In this document: positions 24,408-33,906 of the stretch, in pieces | How the letters are laid out: each line of letters opens with the position of its first letter | Numbering within the stretch: the stretch's first letter is position 1 | Assembly: GCA_050260415.1 (NCBI GenBank) | Contig: JBLNCE010000150.1 | Coordinates: 5,313 to 69,312 of the forward strand | Reading direction: 5' to 3' | Length of the DNA: 64,000 nt | Source: Bacteroidota bacterium | GTDB lineage: Bacteria > Bacillota > UBA4882 > JAAYXC01 | Notes under the pieces: generated by a model | Database searches by the model: none | Told to the model about the DNA's origin: nothing | The model's input: the letters and a program-made list of their open reading frames with translations, nothing else | Position numbers and translations under genes: made by a program

Positions 24408-27400
24408 GCATATCGCGGCGTGCCTTCTGATCCCGGTCAGCAAGGACACCCGGGCAGACCTGATCGGCAAGCTGGACCTGGCCGGGATATTGGATACCAT
24501 CGGCAAGGTCGAGAGCAGCCTGGGCGTTCTCTATCTGCACTCGTGGGACACGGCCATGCAGGCTGCCATCGCCGCGGCCAGCGCGGTCTTCAACGCCGGC
24601 AAGGGGCCAATCGGGGAGAAGGACATCGCGGCCGCCCTGGATGCCATGGCGGAGGAACTCGGGCCGGGCATGCAGGAGCTGACGGCGGAGCAGGCAGGCA
24701 AGCTCTTGTCAGCCAGTTACCTCCTCGGCCGGCACCTAGCCGCGAAGTTCGCCGAGTTCACGCCCAAGCTCCAGCAGATCGACGAACTGGCGCAAGCGTG
24801 GCTCAAGGCTGACAACTTCTATTGGGTCGGGAATTACTACTCGGCCCAGCTCGGGCAGACCATCTCGGATGCCGTCAGACACCTGGCGATCGAACAAGGC
24901 CTCGGCCGCGATGACGTTGGTAGGGCGCTCAAGGCGACCTTCGGCAGCCAGTTCAAGGACCAGACCGGTACCTACTGGCGAGGCCTGGCCGGAACCGCGG
25001 CGGAACGCGCCCGGTCGTTCGGCGGGGTTCAGTCGCTCGTCGAAGCCGAGGTCGATGAGTACGAGATCCTCCCCGTGGGCGATGAGCGCACCTGCGACAA
25101 GTGCATGGAGCTCGCCAAGCACACCTTCCGAACCGAGCACGCTGTAGCCCTGCGGGATGCGGTCATGGCCGCGGACAATCCCGAGGCGATAAAGGCTTTA
25201 CACCCATGGCTTTCCATGGAGGAGGTCCAGGGCGCCAGCACAGAGGAACTGGTGGGGTTGGGCCAGGCCCTCCCCCCTTACCACTTCTGGTGCCGTTGCA
25301 CATACGTGGTCACCTCGTTCAGTGAGACGGTGGCCAAAGCCGTCCCGCTTGAACTGAAGGTCGAACAGCCGGCGCCGGCGCAGGAGACGTTGCCCGGCGA
25401 TCTGGGCAATCTGGAGTTCCTGGGCAGTGGGGCCCACCTGGGCGGCGCGGGTGAGAAGTACATCTACCGCGATCCAGCCACTGGCCAGGCGTATCTGTTC
25501 AAGCCGGCGGTAAGCAAGAGCGGCTCGCCTGAGCCATTCCGGGCCTACGTACAGCAGGGCGCCTCGGACGTGGCTAAGCGGATCTATGGCCCTGGTGACT
25601 TCATCGAGATCAAGGTCGTCACCGATCCGAATGGCCGCCTGGGGACGTTGCAGCAACTCCTGCCGGACGTCGCCGGCGACCTGAAGAAGATCCAATGGCA
25701 ATCGCTGACCCCGGAGCAACTGAAGCGCGTCCAGCGGGAGCACGTCCTCGATTGGGCGATCGGCAACTTCGATAGCCACCCGGGGAACTTCATCGCTGCT
25801 GGCGGCCAGATCTATGGCATTGACAAAGAGCAGGCTTTTCGGTACCTAGCACAGGGCGACTCCTGGAAGATGTCTCTGACCTACCACCCGAACGCCAAGT
25901 ATGGGGAGGTCGAGCCCCTCTACAATACGATCTACCGGGCTTTCGCCAAAAACGAGGTTGACCTCGATCTGCAGACGGTCCTCCCGGCTCTGCAACGGCT
26001 TGAAGCGATCCCGGACATCGAGTATCGAGCCATCTGGCGGCCATACGCGGAGGTCCTGAAGGGCAAGGGGCAGGCTGCAGAGGACCTGCTGGACCTGATC
26101 GTCAAGCGGAAACACGAGGTACGGGAGCAGTTCAAGGCATTTTACACCGACCTCCTGAAGGCGCGGTATGGCGGCGGTGGCAAGGCGTTCAAGGTCAAGT
26201 TCCTGTTCGCCGACGAGACAACCGGCTCAGGCCTCGAGGAGTTGCCCTTGGCCGCCCGCGTGCTGACCAAGGCGGAATTGCAGGCCATGGACCTTAAGAG
26301 CCTAAAGCAGTTGGCCAAGGCCCAGAAGATCAAGTACGGCTCCCAGATGAATAAGGCCGAACTCGTCGAGGCCCTGGCCGATCCGGATAACGCGGCGGCC
26401 GTGAGCGTGAAGGCCAAGGAGAGGCTCCGCGCGACGCTGGAGGCGAAGCTCGCCAGGCAGGCGCCAAAAGTCATTCCGATGCCCACCCCATTGGGGACGG
26501 ACCCCTTCGATGACCTGGCTGCGATTCCCGCCCGCCGGCATGGCGTGGCCGTGCGACGCGACAAAAAGATCGTCGAGGGGCAACAGGTCAATATCTGCCG
26601 GATCAACGCCGCGGGGCGTGAGGGTTGGCGGCTGAATTGCAAGATCACAAAGCCGCATCATGCTCAGATCGAGGCGGCCATGCGCCAGGCCGGAGCGAGG
26701 GAGACATACCTACGCCGGCCAATGGGCAACTGGACGAAGGGCGTCCTGGAATTCGACGACGTAGGCGGCAACGTCGTCAAGGCGTTGCAGATGACCACCC
26801 AGGCCCACGGTGCCACGGTCGAGATCCGTTTCGTGCCCGATGGGATCGATAAGATTCACGCCATGGATGGGTATTTCGAGGCGCGGGTCTTCGGCGCCCA
26901 GGGGCAGGCGGCGGCCACCGCCTTGAGAGAGTCGTTAGATAAACTCGGCCTGGCCGACCTGGCGGGAGTGCCCGGTCCGGAAGACGAGCAGATTATGCGC
27001 TTGTCCCGACTCCTTTGGCAACACGCTCCGGCGGTTGAAGCCAAGATGCCGCTGCAGGGCCGCACTGTGGATGCTCTGGAGCAGGCTTTACGCGGCGTGG
27101 GCGTTGACCCCGCTCGGGCCGCCCGCTTGGTAGAGAAAGAGGTTGTGCCGGGCTATGTCACGTATACTGATATTGAGGTCGCAAATGAATGCCGGCAAGC
27201 CGGGGCAATTTATGCCTGGTGCGGGGTCGAGGACCTCGATGACGTGGTAAAAATTGTATCCCCCGGTGGAACGGGTTTGGCCTCGACCAGGCTCCGATGG
27301 TTCGACTGCCTATCCGGGAAGGGAGCGAGCGAATCATCGGACATGAAATGCGGCGGCGCGGATAGCGCGTTCCTCCGTCTGGCTGTTCAATCTGTACAGG

Positions 27401-27759
27401 GGAAGGCGTCTTATAGTTCGTCGTTTGGGAATGGTGACTATCAGCTCATCTTCGATTTGAACGTTCTGGAACGAACAGACTGGTATTTCTACAGCAAAGA
27501 CAGTTTCGGCACGACCGCTCCGAGTTCGATGGCGCGGCGATTATCGCCCAAGGAATCGGTCACATATCTGAACAACAATTACCGCGGCGATAATGAGGTG
27601 ATGATGCGTCGCGGGGTAGGGCTGCAATATCTGACCGCGATCCATACCGATTCCGACTACAAACGGTTGAGCTTAATCAACAAGCTCAAGCAGCACGGGA
27701 TACATGAAATCAATCGGGTACCGGTGGAGAAGTTCGTCGTCGTACAAAGCCTTATATAG
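24394..27759 (+). CDS. 1121-aa polyvalent head protein: SPP1 gp7/Mu F-like morphogenesis domain fused to a protein-kinase-like domain, a Rho_N/SAP-like module and a low-G+C C-terminal domain
   Basis: gp7/MuF motifs DERTCDKC...PPYHFWCRCTYV (about 25081-25308). Kinase-like catalytic loop GNFDSHPGNFI plus YGIDKEQAF (25771-25830). LKSLKQLAKAQKIKYGSQMNKAELVEALA (about 26293-26380). The C-terminal roughly 200 aa are visibly AT-richer. Confidence 0.75.
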   Translation: MASLEHIAACLLIPVSKDTRADLIGKLDLAGILDTIGKVESSLGVLYLHSWDTAMQAAIAAASAVFNAGKGPIGEKDIAAALDAMAEELGPGMQELTAEQAGKLLSASYLLGRHLAAKFAEFTPKLQQIDELAQAWLKADNFYWVGNYYSAQLGQTISDAVRHLAIEQGLGRDDVGRALKATFGSQFKDQTGTYWRGLAGTAAERARSFGGVQSLVEAEVDEYEILPVGDERTCDKCMELAKHTFRTEHAVALRDAVMAADNPEAIKALHPWLSMEEVQGASTEELVGLGQALPPYHFWCRCTYVVTSFSETVAKAVPLELKVEQPAPAQETLPGDLGNLEFLGSGAHLGGAGEKYIYRDPATGQAYLFKPAVSKSGSPEPFRAYVQQGASDVAKRIYGPGDFIEIKVVTDPNGRLGTLQQLLPDVAGDLKKIQWQSLTPEQLKRVQREHVLDWAIGNFDSHPGNFIAAGGQIYGIDKEQAFRYLAQGDSWKMSLTYHPNAKYGEVEPLYNTIYRAFAKNEVDLDLQTVLPALQRLEAIPDIEYRAIWRPYAEVLKGKGQAAEDLLDLIVKRKHEVREQFKAFYTDLLKARYGGGGKAFKVKFLFADETTGSGLEELPLAARVLTKAELQAMDLKSLKQLAKAQKIKYGSQMNKAELVEALADPDNAAAVSVKAKERLRATLEAKLARQAPKVIPMPTPLGTDPFDDLAAIPARRHGVAVRRDKKIVEGQQVNICRINAAGREGWRLNCKITKPHHAQIEAAMRQAGARETYLRRPMGNWTKGVLEFDDVGGNVVKALQMTTQAHGATVEIRFVPDGIDKIHAMDGYFEARVFGAQGQAAATALRESLDKLGLADLAGVPGPEDEQIMRLSRLLWQHAPAVEAKMPLQGRTVDALEQALRGVGVDPARAARLVEKEVVPGYVTYTDIEVANECRQAGAIYAWCGVEDLDDVVKIVSPGGTGLASTRLRWFDCLSGKGASESSDMKCGGADSAFLRLAVQSVQGKASYSSSFGNGDYQLIFDLNVLERTDWYFYSKDSFGTTAPSSMARRLSPKESVTYLNNNYRGDNEVMMRRGVGLQYLTAIHTDSDYKRLSLINKLKQHGIHEINRVPVEKFVVVQSLI

Positions 27760-27770
27760 GGAGAAGCAAG

Positions 27771-28145
27771 ATGATCGACAAAAGAGTCCTGTATACTATT
27801 GACGGTCCTTGGTTTCATCAGAACGGCGGTCACGCCTTGGCCAACTTCGTCGAGATCAGAGATGGCAATACTCTTTGTTTCGTCGATCCGGGCTCGGGCC
27901 GCGGCCACATGTTCCCCGGGAAACTGTTGCGGGAGACAAAGGACGGCTTTGACTGGCATTGGCTGGTGCCGCCTTTCGGACCGCTTGAGGCGGAAGATCG
28001 GGGGACGGTTGCAGCCCGCGTGGTCACCCTGGCGCGGTACTATGACGAGCTCGTCCCCGCAGGGGTCGTGCGAAACCCCATCGAACCACGGCCGCAATCA
28101 GATCAGGAATTCTGGGAGTTGTACCGGAGGATGGCCAAGGGATAA
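27771..28145 (+). CDS. hypothetical protein (moron; possible partner or immunity protein of the upstream C-terminal domain)
   Basis: 124-aa ORF starting 12 nt after the fusion protein. Followed by a tandem 12-nt repeat and a weak hairpin with a T-run. Confidence 0.5.
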   Translation: MIDKRVLYTIDGPWFHQNGGHALANFVEIRDGNTLCFVDPGSGRGHMFPGKLLRETKDGFDWHWLVPPFGPLEAEDRGTVAARVVTLARYYDELVPAGVVRNPIEPRPQSDQEFWELYRRMAKG

Positions 28146-28231
28146 AATATTCCAGGAAATATTCCAGGGGATCCTGGCATACACGCCCGGGCGAAGAGCA
28201 CCGGGCTTTTCCATGCCTGCGAGGTGGGACT

Positions 28232-28840
28232 ATGGAGGTTTGCCTCGGAATCGAGCCGGTCATGCAACCCCGTCCTTCTCGAAATTCTGGCGGGGATTGC
28301 TTTGCTTGCGCCATGACGGCCGCGCTCAGGTATCTATACCCTGATGTCGAGACGACTTTTGATCGAGCGTTCGAACTGTTCCGCGAGAAATATTACCAGA
28401 GTGAAAAGACATGCATCGCGAATGATTGGGTCGGCCTGCAACATGCGCTCGACAAGGCCTGCGACGAGTTTGGGTCCCTTGAAGTCGAAATCGACATCGT
28501 CGATCCCCGCTTCAACCTAAAGCACTTCGGCTATGGTTGGCTGCTTGCCTTGGAGAGTGACCGCTATGTTCTAAGGTTGGAGGGATGGCTCCGGGGCGGA
28601 TGGGTGGCCTTCACCCAGATCTCCTTCTCCGGTGGCGGACCGCTGGCCGTAATTGACCACTTCGTACTGATCGACGGGGTCAGGAAGCTTTGGGAGCCGA
28701 TGGAATCAGGGGGGAGCTCCTTGAACGAGTACGTCCACGTGGTCTGCTCGGTCAAGGGGGCATATTGGATTCGCGCTTTGGACTTCCTGCGCAATCACGG
28801 CGGCGCGGCGCTCATGCTTTGCCGGCGCGAACAATATTGA
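28232..28840 (+). CDS. putative papain-fold cysteine peptidase (C39-like)
   Basis: NSGGDCFACAMTAAL (candidate nucleophile Cys) and IDHFVLIDG (candidate His), in the order expected for C39/papain-like enzymes. Confidence 0.4.
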   Translation: MEVCLGIEPVMQPRPSRNSGGDCFACAMTAALRYLYPDVETTFDRAFELFREKYYQSEKTCIANDWVGLQHALDKACDEFGSLEVEIDIVDPRFNLKHFGYGWLLALESDRYVLRLEGWLRGGWVAFTQISFSGGGPLAVIDHFVLIDGVRKLWEPMESGGSSLNEYVHVVCSVKGAYWIRALDFLRNHGGAALMLCRREQY

Positions 28841-28857
28841 CCGAAGAGGGAGGTGGT

Positions 28858-29328
28858 ATGGTGCTCGCGGAGATCAGCAAGGCGCGGACCCCGGCGAAGG
28901 GAGATCCAGGCGGGCAGCAGGTTGAGAGGGTCGTCGCCTTCAAGCGTGTCGATTCGGCGCAACAGATCGTCTATGGGGAGGTCTACATCCCCAATGTCCG
29001 GGACACGCACGGGAACTGGATGACAGCCGAGGAAATTGAGAAGATGGCCCACCGGTTCCTCATGAAGTTCCGCAATACACAGATCGACCTGCAGCACGAC
29101 ATGGAGCCTGATGAGGGCGCCGTGGTCGAGTCGTTCATCGCCCGCGAGAACGACCCCGACTTCACCCCGGGGGCCTGGGTACTGGCAACCAAGGTCTTCA
29201 AGACCGAGACCTGGACGGCCATCATGAACGGGGAGATCACCGGGTATTCCCTATATGGCCTGGGTGTTTTAATTCCTGACGAACCCGATGACGAGGGCGG
29301 AGAGGGAGGTGATACGGGTGGCCAATAA
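28858..29328 (+). CDS. XkdF-like prohead protease
   Basis: VYGEVYIPNVRDTHGNWMTAEEIEKMAHRFL resembles the PBSX XkdF family. GGGAGGTGG RBS. Precedes the scaffold and capsid genes. Confidence 0.6.
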   Translation: MVLAEISKARTPAKGDPGGQQVERVVAFKRVDSAQQIVYGEVYIPNVRDTHGNWMTAEEIEKMAHRFLMKFRNTQIDLQHDMEPDEGAVVESFIARENDPDFTPGAWVLATKVFKTETWTAIMNGEITGYSLYGLGVLIPDEPDDEGGEGGDTGGQ

Positions 29329-30181
29329 CCAGACCCCGCCGCCTGGGGAGCTTCGTGACGTCGATGTGCAGCTCGTGTCCCTGGTCGATAAGGGCGCGAA
29401 CCGCTGCAAGTTCAAGATCTTCAAGCAGGCAGGTGAGATCGTGAACAAGGTTTTGGGTAAACAGGATACGGCCATAGCGCCGGCACCGCCGCCGAGCTTC
29501 CAACAGCGCATGCAGGCCGAGGCCGCCGAGGAAGCGACCAGGAACGGTTTCTGGGCGTTCCGTTCGACGATTGAGGATATCCTGCGCAGTGAAGCCGTAA
29601 CGGACAAGCTCGCGGCGATCGGCGCGACCTTCGAGGAGTTCAAGACCTGGCTCCTGGCGCGGGTGACTCTCCTGGGCCTCACCAAGGCGGCCGAGGAGAT
29701 CAGCAGCATCGAGCGGGTTGTGCTCGAAAAGGCCGGCAAGAAGATCAGCGCCGAACGGTTAGGCAAACTCAAGGCAGCCTTGGCTGCCCTCAATGAGGTC
29801 GTGACCGAGGCCGAGACGGAAGACAACAATCCGGAAGGGGGAAAAACGAACGTGAGTAATTCCACCACGCAGACCCAGCCCGACAAGCTGGACGAGATCC
29901 TGAAGGCGGTGAACGGCATCGCCACCCGCGTCGAGGCTTTGGAAAAGGCCGCGGCGGGGACCGAACCGCCCACAGGCGATCCGCCGGCAGAAGAACCTCC
30001 CGCGGGCAACCCGCCGACCGACCAAACCGCGCAGAAGCTCGACGAGGTGCTCAAGACTGTCAATGGCATCGCCACCCGCGTCGAGGCTTTGGAGAAAGCC
30101 CGCGGCGGTTCCAACCGGATCCCCGAAACGACCGAAGTCAAAAAGGCTGAAGAGGGATTCTGGGGCGGCAATTTCATCTAG
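29318..30181 (+). CDS. scaffolding protein with an internal duplication
   Basis: Helical, Ala/Glu/Lys-rich. Duplicated KLDE(I/V)LK(A/T)VNGIATRVEALEKA segments separated by a Pro-rich linker. Position is before the major capsid gene. Confidence 0.6.
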   Translation: MANNQTPPPGELRDVDVQLVSLVDKGANRCKFKIFKQAGEIVNKVLGKQDTAIAPAPPPSFQQRMQAEAAEEATRNGFWAFRSTIEDILRSEAVTDKLAAIGATFEEFKTWLLARVTLLGLTKAAEEISSIERVVLEKAGKKISAERLGKLKAALAALNEVVTEAETEDNNPEGGKTNVSNSTTQTQPDKLDEILKAVNGIATRVEALEKAAAGTEPPTGDPPAEEPPAGNPPTDQTAQKLDEVLKTVNGIATRVEALEKARGGSNRIPETTEVKKAEEGFWGGNFI

Positions 30182-30269
30182 GCGGTAGTCTAGCAGCATA
30201 ACAAGCAGCAAGAGGCGCCAGGAGGCGCTTTCATTTTGCCTCGAATGCTGACAAATGGGGTGATGACAG

Positions 30270-31196
30270 TTGACCAGCAATCGCGCCATGCTGCGTAAGG
30301 ACGCGATCACCACCGGCGCTCTGGCGACCGGCGGGCAGCTCAACCCGCAACAGGCGGACAAGTTCATCGATTACATGGTGGAGCAGACGCAACTGCTCCA
30401 GGACGTCACGGTCATCCGGATGAACTCCAACAAGTACGATCTCGACACCATCGGCGTCGGCAGCCGCATCATCAGGAAGGCGGTCGAGGCCACGGAACCC
30501 ACGGAGACCGCCGGCATCAGCACCGGCAAACGGCAGCTCAGCACAACCGAGATCATCCTGCCGTTCGACATCTCGTTGTCGTTCCTTGAGGACAACATCG
30601 AGCGGGCGGGCGCGGAGGACCACATCGCGCGGCTCTTCGCGCAACAGTTTGGGAACGACCTCGTGGACCTGGCCGTCAACGGCGACGTAGACGCGGGTGC
30701 GGGTCCCGACCAGGCATTCCTCAGCATCGAGAATGGGTGGCTCAAGATCCTGTTCGCCGTTGGCTCCGGCGCTCACATCTACGACAACAACGCCAGTCAG
30801 GACTTCAAGGGCGTAGTCTTTCCGGCCATGCTGGCGCAACTGCCGAACAAATTCAAGAACAACCTGCCGGATCTGCGGTTCTATGTCTCGCCCACGGCCG
30901 AGGAGGCCTACAGGTCCCAGCTCTCCACGCGGCAGACGGCGCTCGGCGACGAGTACACAGCCACGGGCAAGCGCGCCGAATTCATGGGCGTCAAGGTCGT
31001 GCCCATCCCGTATCTGCCGGTCGATATCCACCTGCTCACCCCGCGGCTCAATCTGTGCGTCGGCATCCAGCGCCAGATGACCACGGACAAGGAGCGCAAG
31101 CCGCGCAAGCGGATCATGGAGTACACCATGACCGCCCGGATCGACTTTGAGGTGAAGAATCCGGACGCCGTGGTCGCTTCCAAAAACATGCCATAA
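30270..31196 (+). CDS. major capsid protein (HK97 fold expected)
   Basis: 308 aa, placed after the protease and scaffold. N-terminal QADKFIDYMVEQTQLL...IRM and LPFDISLSFLEDNIE are typical of this capsid family. Confidence 0.75.
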   Translation: MTSNRAMLRKDAITTGALATGGQLNPQQADKFIDYMVEQTQLLQDVTVIRMNSNKYDLDTIGVGSRIIRKAVEATEPTETAGISTGKRQLSTTEIILPFDISLSFLEDNIERAGAEDHIARLFAQQFGNDLVDLAVNGDVDAGAGPDQAFLSIENGWLKILFAVGSGAHIYDNNASQDFKGVVFPAMLAQLPNKFKNNLPDLRFYVSPTAEEAYRSQLSTRQTALGDEYTATGKRAEFMGVKVVPIPYLPVDIHLLTPRLNLCVGIQRQMTTDKERKPRKRIMEYTMTARIDFEVKNPDAVVASKNMP

Positions 31197-31238
31197 TCTT
31201 TCGCCCTCGATTATGGCCATTAAAGGAGGCAGGACATA

Positions 31239-31514
31239 TTGGCCAAGAACAACAACGCAAACCGAGGAGGTAACAAGGGGAAGATCGACGTCGTTCTCAC
31301 CGGCGCCGGATCGTTCGCCACGGGTAAGGTTCCCGGGCGGATCTTCATCCGGGGGAAGGCGGAGCCGGTCTCCGAAAAGGAGGCACGCCTTCTGTTGGGC
31401 ACGCAACTGTTCAAGCTCGATTCGGCGGGCGCGGATTTGCCTGCTGCCGACGACGATCCGCCCGCTGGTAGCGATCCCAACGAAACCGGTGAAAATGAAG
31501 AGGACGACGAATAA
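31239..31514 (+). CDS. hypothetical head-associated protein with an acidic tail
   Basis: 91-aa ORF after an AAAGGAGG RBS. C-terminus is Asp/Glu-rich. Confidence 0.45.
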   Translation: MAKNNNANRGGNKGKIDVVLTGAGSFATGKVPGRIFIRGKAEPVSEKEARLLLGTQLFKLDSAGADLPAADDDPPAGSDPNETGENEEDDE

Positions 31515-31528
31515 CAAGGGGGAGCAGC

Positions 31529-31756
31529 ATGGACAAGCAGAAACGGTTCGTGACTACCGACCTGGGCCTCGCGGCATATCTGAAGCTGCGAGGCCTGGTC
31601 CTTTCTTCGGTTGACAGGTCTGTCCCAAACGCGGTCACGTTCGTCTTCGAGGATGAACTCGATGTCTGCGAACAGCTCCGCATGGAGTACGTGAATAGCG
31701 ACTACTACCGGTTCAACGCCGAACTGCGCGGTGTGAAAAAGCTCGTGCATGGCTAG
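31529..31756 (+). CDS. small conserved phage protein (DUF5659-like, tentative)
   Basis: 75-aa ORF. TTDLGLAAYLKLRG...FVFED...Y pattern recalled from small phage proteins. Confidence 0.4.
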   Translation: MDKQKRFVTTDLGLAAYLKLRGLVLSSVDRSVPNAVTFVFEDELDVCEQLRMEYVNSDYYRFNAELRGVKKLVHG

Positions 31757-31767
31757 GGGGCGGGATC

Positions 31768-32385
31768 ATGTATTGCACGATAGAGGAACTGCGTGCCGAG
31801 GGCGTCACTACCGAGCAGGCAACCGATGACCGCCTGACGGAACTCATCGGCTTGGCCACGAACTACATCGACGCCATGACCGAGCAATGGTTCGAGCCAC
31901 GCGATCAGACGATACTGCTGGACGGGAACGACTCCTGCCTTCTGATGCTGCCGGTGTTCCTGATCTCGGCTACATCAGTCAAGGTTGACGGGGAGGATAT
32001 TACGGGGTACAAGATCTATAACCGCTTCGTGCCCGATGATAGGCTTGCGCCGGCTATTTACCGGGATGACAAATGGCCGGTCGGCGTTCAGAACGTCGAA
32101 ATAGCGGGGTCCTGGGGGTATGTCGATCAGAACTTTACCTACGAAAAGGTTACCCCGCCACGCATCAAACGTTGCTGCATGCGGCTCGTCATCCGTGACC
32201 TTGCTCCCCTCGGCGACCAGGCCGGCCAGGAGGACCGGAAGCGGACGCGGATCATCAGCGAATCGACGGACGGACACAGTTACACCCTGGCGCGGCTGGC
32301 AATGTTCCCCGCACTGACTGGCGATCCGGACATCGACGAGGTTCTTAGCTATTATAAGCGGTCTTGCCGAGTGGAGTTGATCTGA
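31768..32385 (+). CDS. head-tail connector (gp6-like adaptor), putative
   Basis: N-terminal YCTIEELRAEGV...TDDRLTELIGLATNYID resembles gp6-like connectors. Position after the capsid gene. Confidence 0.5.
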   Translation: MYCTIEELRAEGVTTEQATDDRLTELIGLATNYIDAMTEQWFEPRDQTILLDGNDSCLLMLPVFLISATSVKVDGEDITGYKIYNRFVPDDRLAPAIYRDDKWPVGVQNVEIAGSWGYVDQNFTYEKVTPPRIKRCCMRLVIRDLAPLGDQAGQEDRKRTRIISESTDGHSYTLARLAMFPALTGDPDIDEVLSYYKRSCRVELI

Positions 32386-32766
32386 ATGCGGCCTCGGCTC
32401 GTGCATCCCGTAGCATGTCAGATCCGGCGTATCAATCAGGCCGGTACCGAGACGGATCCCGTCTTCCGGGAGCCGGTGGCCGGCACCCAGTACGGCGATC
32501 CTGTCCCGTTCAGTGCTCAAGTCAAATACCAGCGCCACTCCCAACAGAACATGGTACCCGGCGGCGATTCTCCGCTCTCGGCCGGTAGCCTGACCATGGA
32601 GCGAACCGATTACGACCAACGGGGCGGGTTCGGAGTCGGGGACAAGATCGTCTCCATCGCCGGGGAGACGGTCGAGCTCTACCTAATCGATGTGCAGCCA
32701 GCGGGAGTCTATATGGGGCGTGCCTGGCTAATGCGCCTGGTGTTCGAATCGCGCCCGCGGGGGTGA
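32386..32766 (+). CDS. head-tail joining protein, putative
   Basis: 126-aa ORF abutting the upstream stop. Assigned by position. Confidence 0.45.
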   Translation: MRPRLVHPVACQIRRINQAGTETDPVFREPVAGTQYGDPVPFSAQVKYQRHSQQNMVPGGDSPLSAGSLTMERTDYDQRGGFGVGDKIVSIAGETVELYLIDVQPAGVYMGRAWLMRLVFESRPRG

Positions 32767-32770
32767 GGCT

Positions 32771-33331
32771 ATGGCCGGCGGCGGCCTGATCGGCGACTGG
32801 GCCAAGGCCAAGGCAATCCTGGACAACATAGACGCCAACTTCAAGCCCGCCTACAAGCGGGCTTTGGCGCGCGTTGGGGCCAAGGCTGAGAAGGCGCTCA
32901 AGGAAGGCATGACCTCCGGTGCTCCAGGCGGGCAGGCATATGCGCCGAATCATCCGTTCACGGTGGATCGCAAGGGTAGTTCCAAGCCGCTAATCGATAA
33001 CGCCGACCTGCGCAACAGCATTAGAGCGCGGCAATTCGATGGCGGCATATTCGTCGGTGTAAACCGGACGGCGCGGAACAAAGACGGCAAGCCGGAGATC
33101 AACATCGCGGCCATCCATGAACTTGGCGACGGCCAGGGCGGGGATCTGTACATCAAGGTCACGCCCAAGATGCGCGGGTATCTGGGCTCTCAGGGCCTAC
33201 ACTTGAAGGCTGACACCCAGTTCATCCGCATCCCGCGCCGTCCCACGTTCGAACCGGTGTGGGTGAAGGAGAAGGACGGCTGGGCCAAGGAGTTCGTCGA
33301 GGACGTGGCCCAAGGCACGATCGGGGGGTGA
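32771..33331 (+). CDS. virion morphogenesis / tail completion family protein
   Basis: PLIDNADLRNSI...IAAIHELG resembles Mu gpG/HK97 gp10-type proteins. Confidence 0.5.
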   Translation: MAGGGLIGDWAKAKAILDNIDANFKPAYKRALARVGAKAEKALKEGMTSGAPGGQAYAPNHPFTVDRKGSSKPLIDNADLRNSIRARQFDGGIFVGVNRTARNKDGKPEINIAAIHELGDGQGGDLYIKVTPKMRGYLGSQGLHLKADTQFIRIPRRPTFEPVWVKEKDGWAKEFVEDVAQGTIGG

Positions 33332-33335
33332 TGGT

Positions 33336-33902
33336 TTGCTCAAGCTGATATCCCGAACACTGGTCGAAAGACTGCAGGCCGCCGTCCTAGCAAATACGGT
33401 CATCACCACGCATAGCGACATCCTGGAGATCGCCCAGCTGCCGGTCCTGGTCGTGTTCCAGCCCGAGCTGGAGCCGGTTCGGCCGGACCATGCCAACGAG
33501 AACAAGGTGTCAAAGGACGAGGAGACCGGTACCTCTTTGACCACTCTGCCCGGCGGGTTTTACCATCTGGGATTCGACTACGAGATTACGGCCGAAAACA
33601 CACGGGAAGTCCTGACGATCGGCCAATCGCTGCTGGTCTGGTTATCCGCACATCCGTACCTGACGGTGACGGTGGATGACGTAGATCACGAGTTCGAGCT
33701 TGATGCACCGGATCCACTCTCGCGGCCCGGCAGAACAAGTGGGGCTAACCTGCGCCGGGCATCCGGTCGGTTGGTCATTCGTGACGTGGAGCTGCCGTCC
33801 GGAGTGTATCGCGTCGGCAAACTGGCCAAGCAGTTCCGGATCACGTATCAGAACGACCGCGGCGGCCAGGATGTTCTGCAACACAGTATGAAACGGGGGT
33901 GA
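33336..33902 (+). CDS. structural protein (tail terminator/sheath initiator region), hypothetical
   Basis: 188-aa ORF directly upstream of the sheath gene. Confidence 0.45.
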   Translation: MLKLISRTLVERLQAAVLANTVITTHSDILEIAQLPVLVVFQPELEPVRPDHANENKVSKDEETGTSLTTLPGGFYHLGFDYEITAENTREVLTIGQSLLVWLSAHPYLTVTVDDVDHEFELDAPDPLSRPGRTSGANLRRASGRLVIRDVELPSGVYRVGKLAKQFRITYQNDRGGQDVLQHSMKRG

Positions 33903-33906
33903 TTGA

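Noticed and set aside
24420-27065. Numerous alternative-frame ORFs inside the 1121-aa gene (for example 25198-25779 minus, 26142-26648 minus)
   Set aside because: They are embedded in a continuous 3.4-kb frame with recognisable domains. They are typical G+C-driven spurious ORFs.
29269-31517. Minus-strand ORFs 29269-30177 (302 aa) and 30231-31517 (428 aa) opposite the scaffold and capsid genes
   Set aside because: They lie antisense to well-supported structural genes. The sequences are not protein-like and have no start context.
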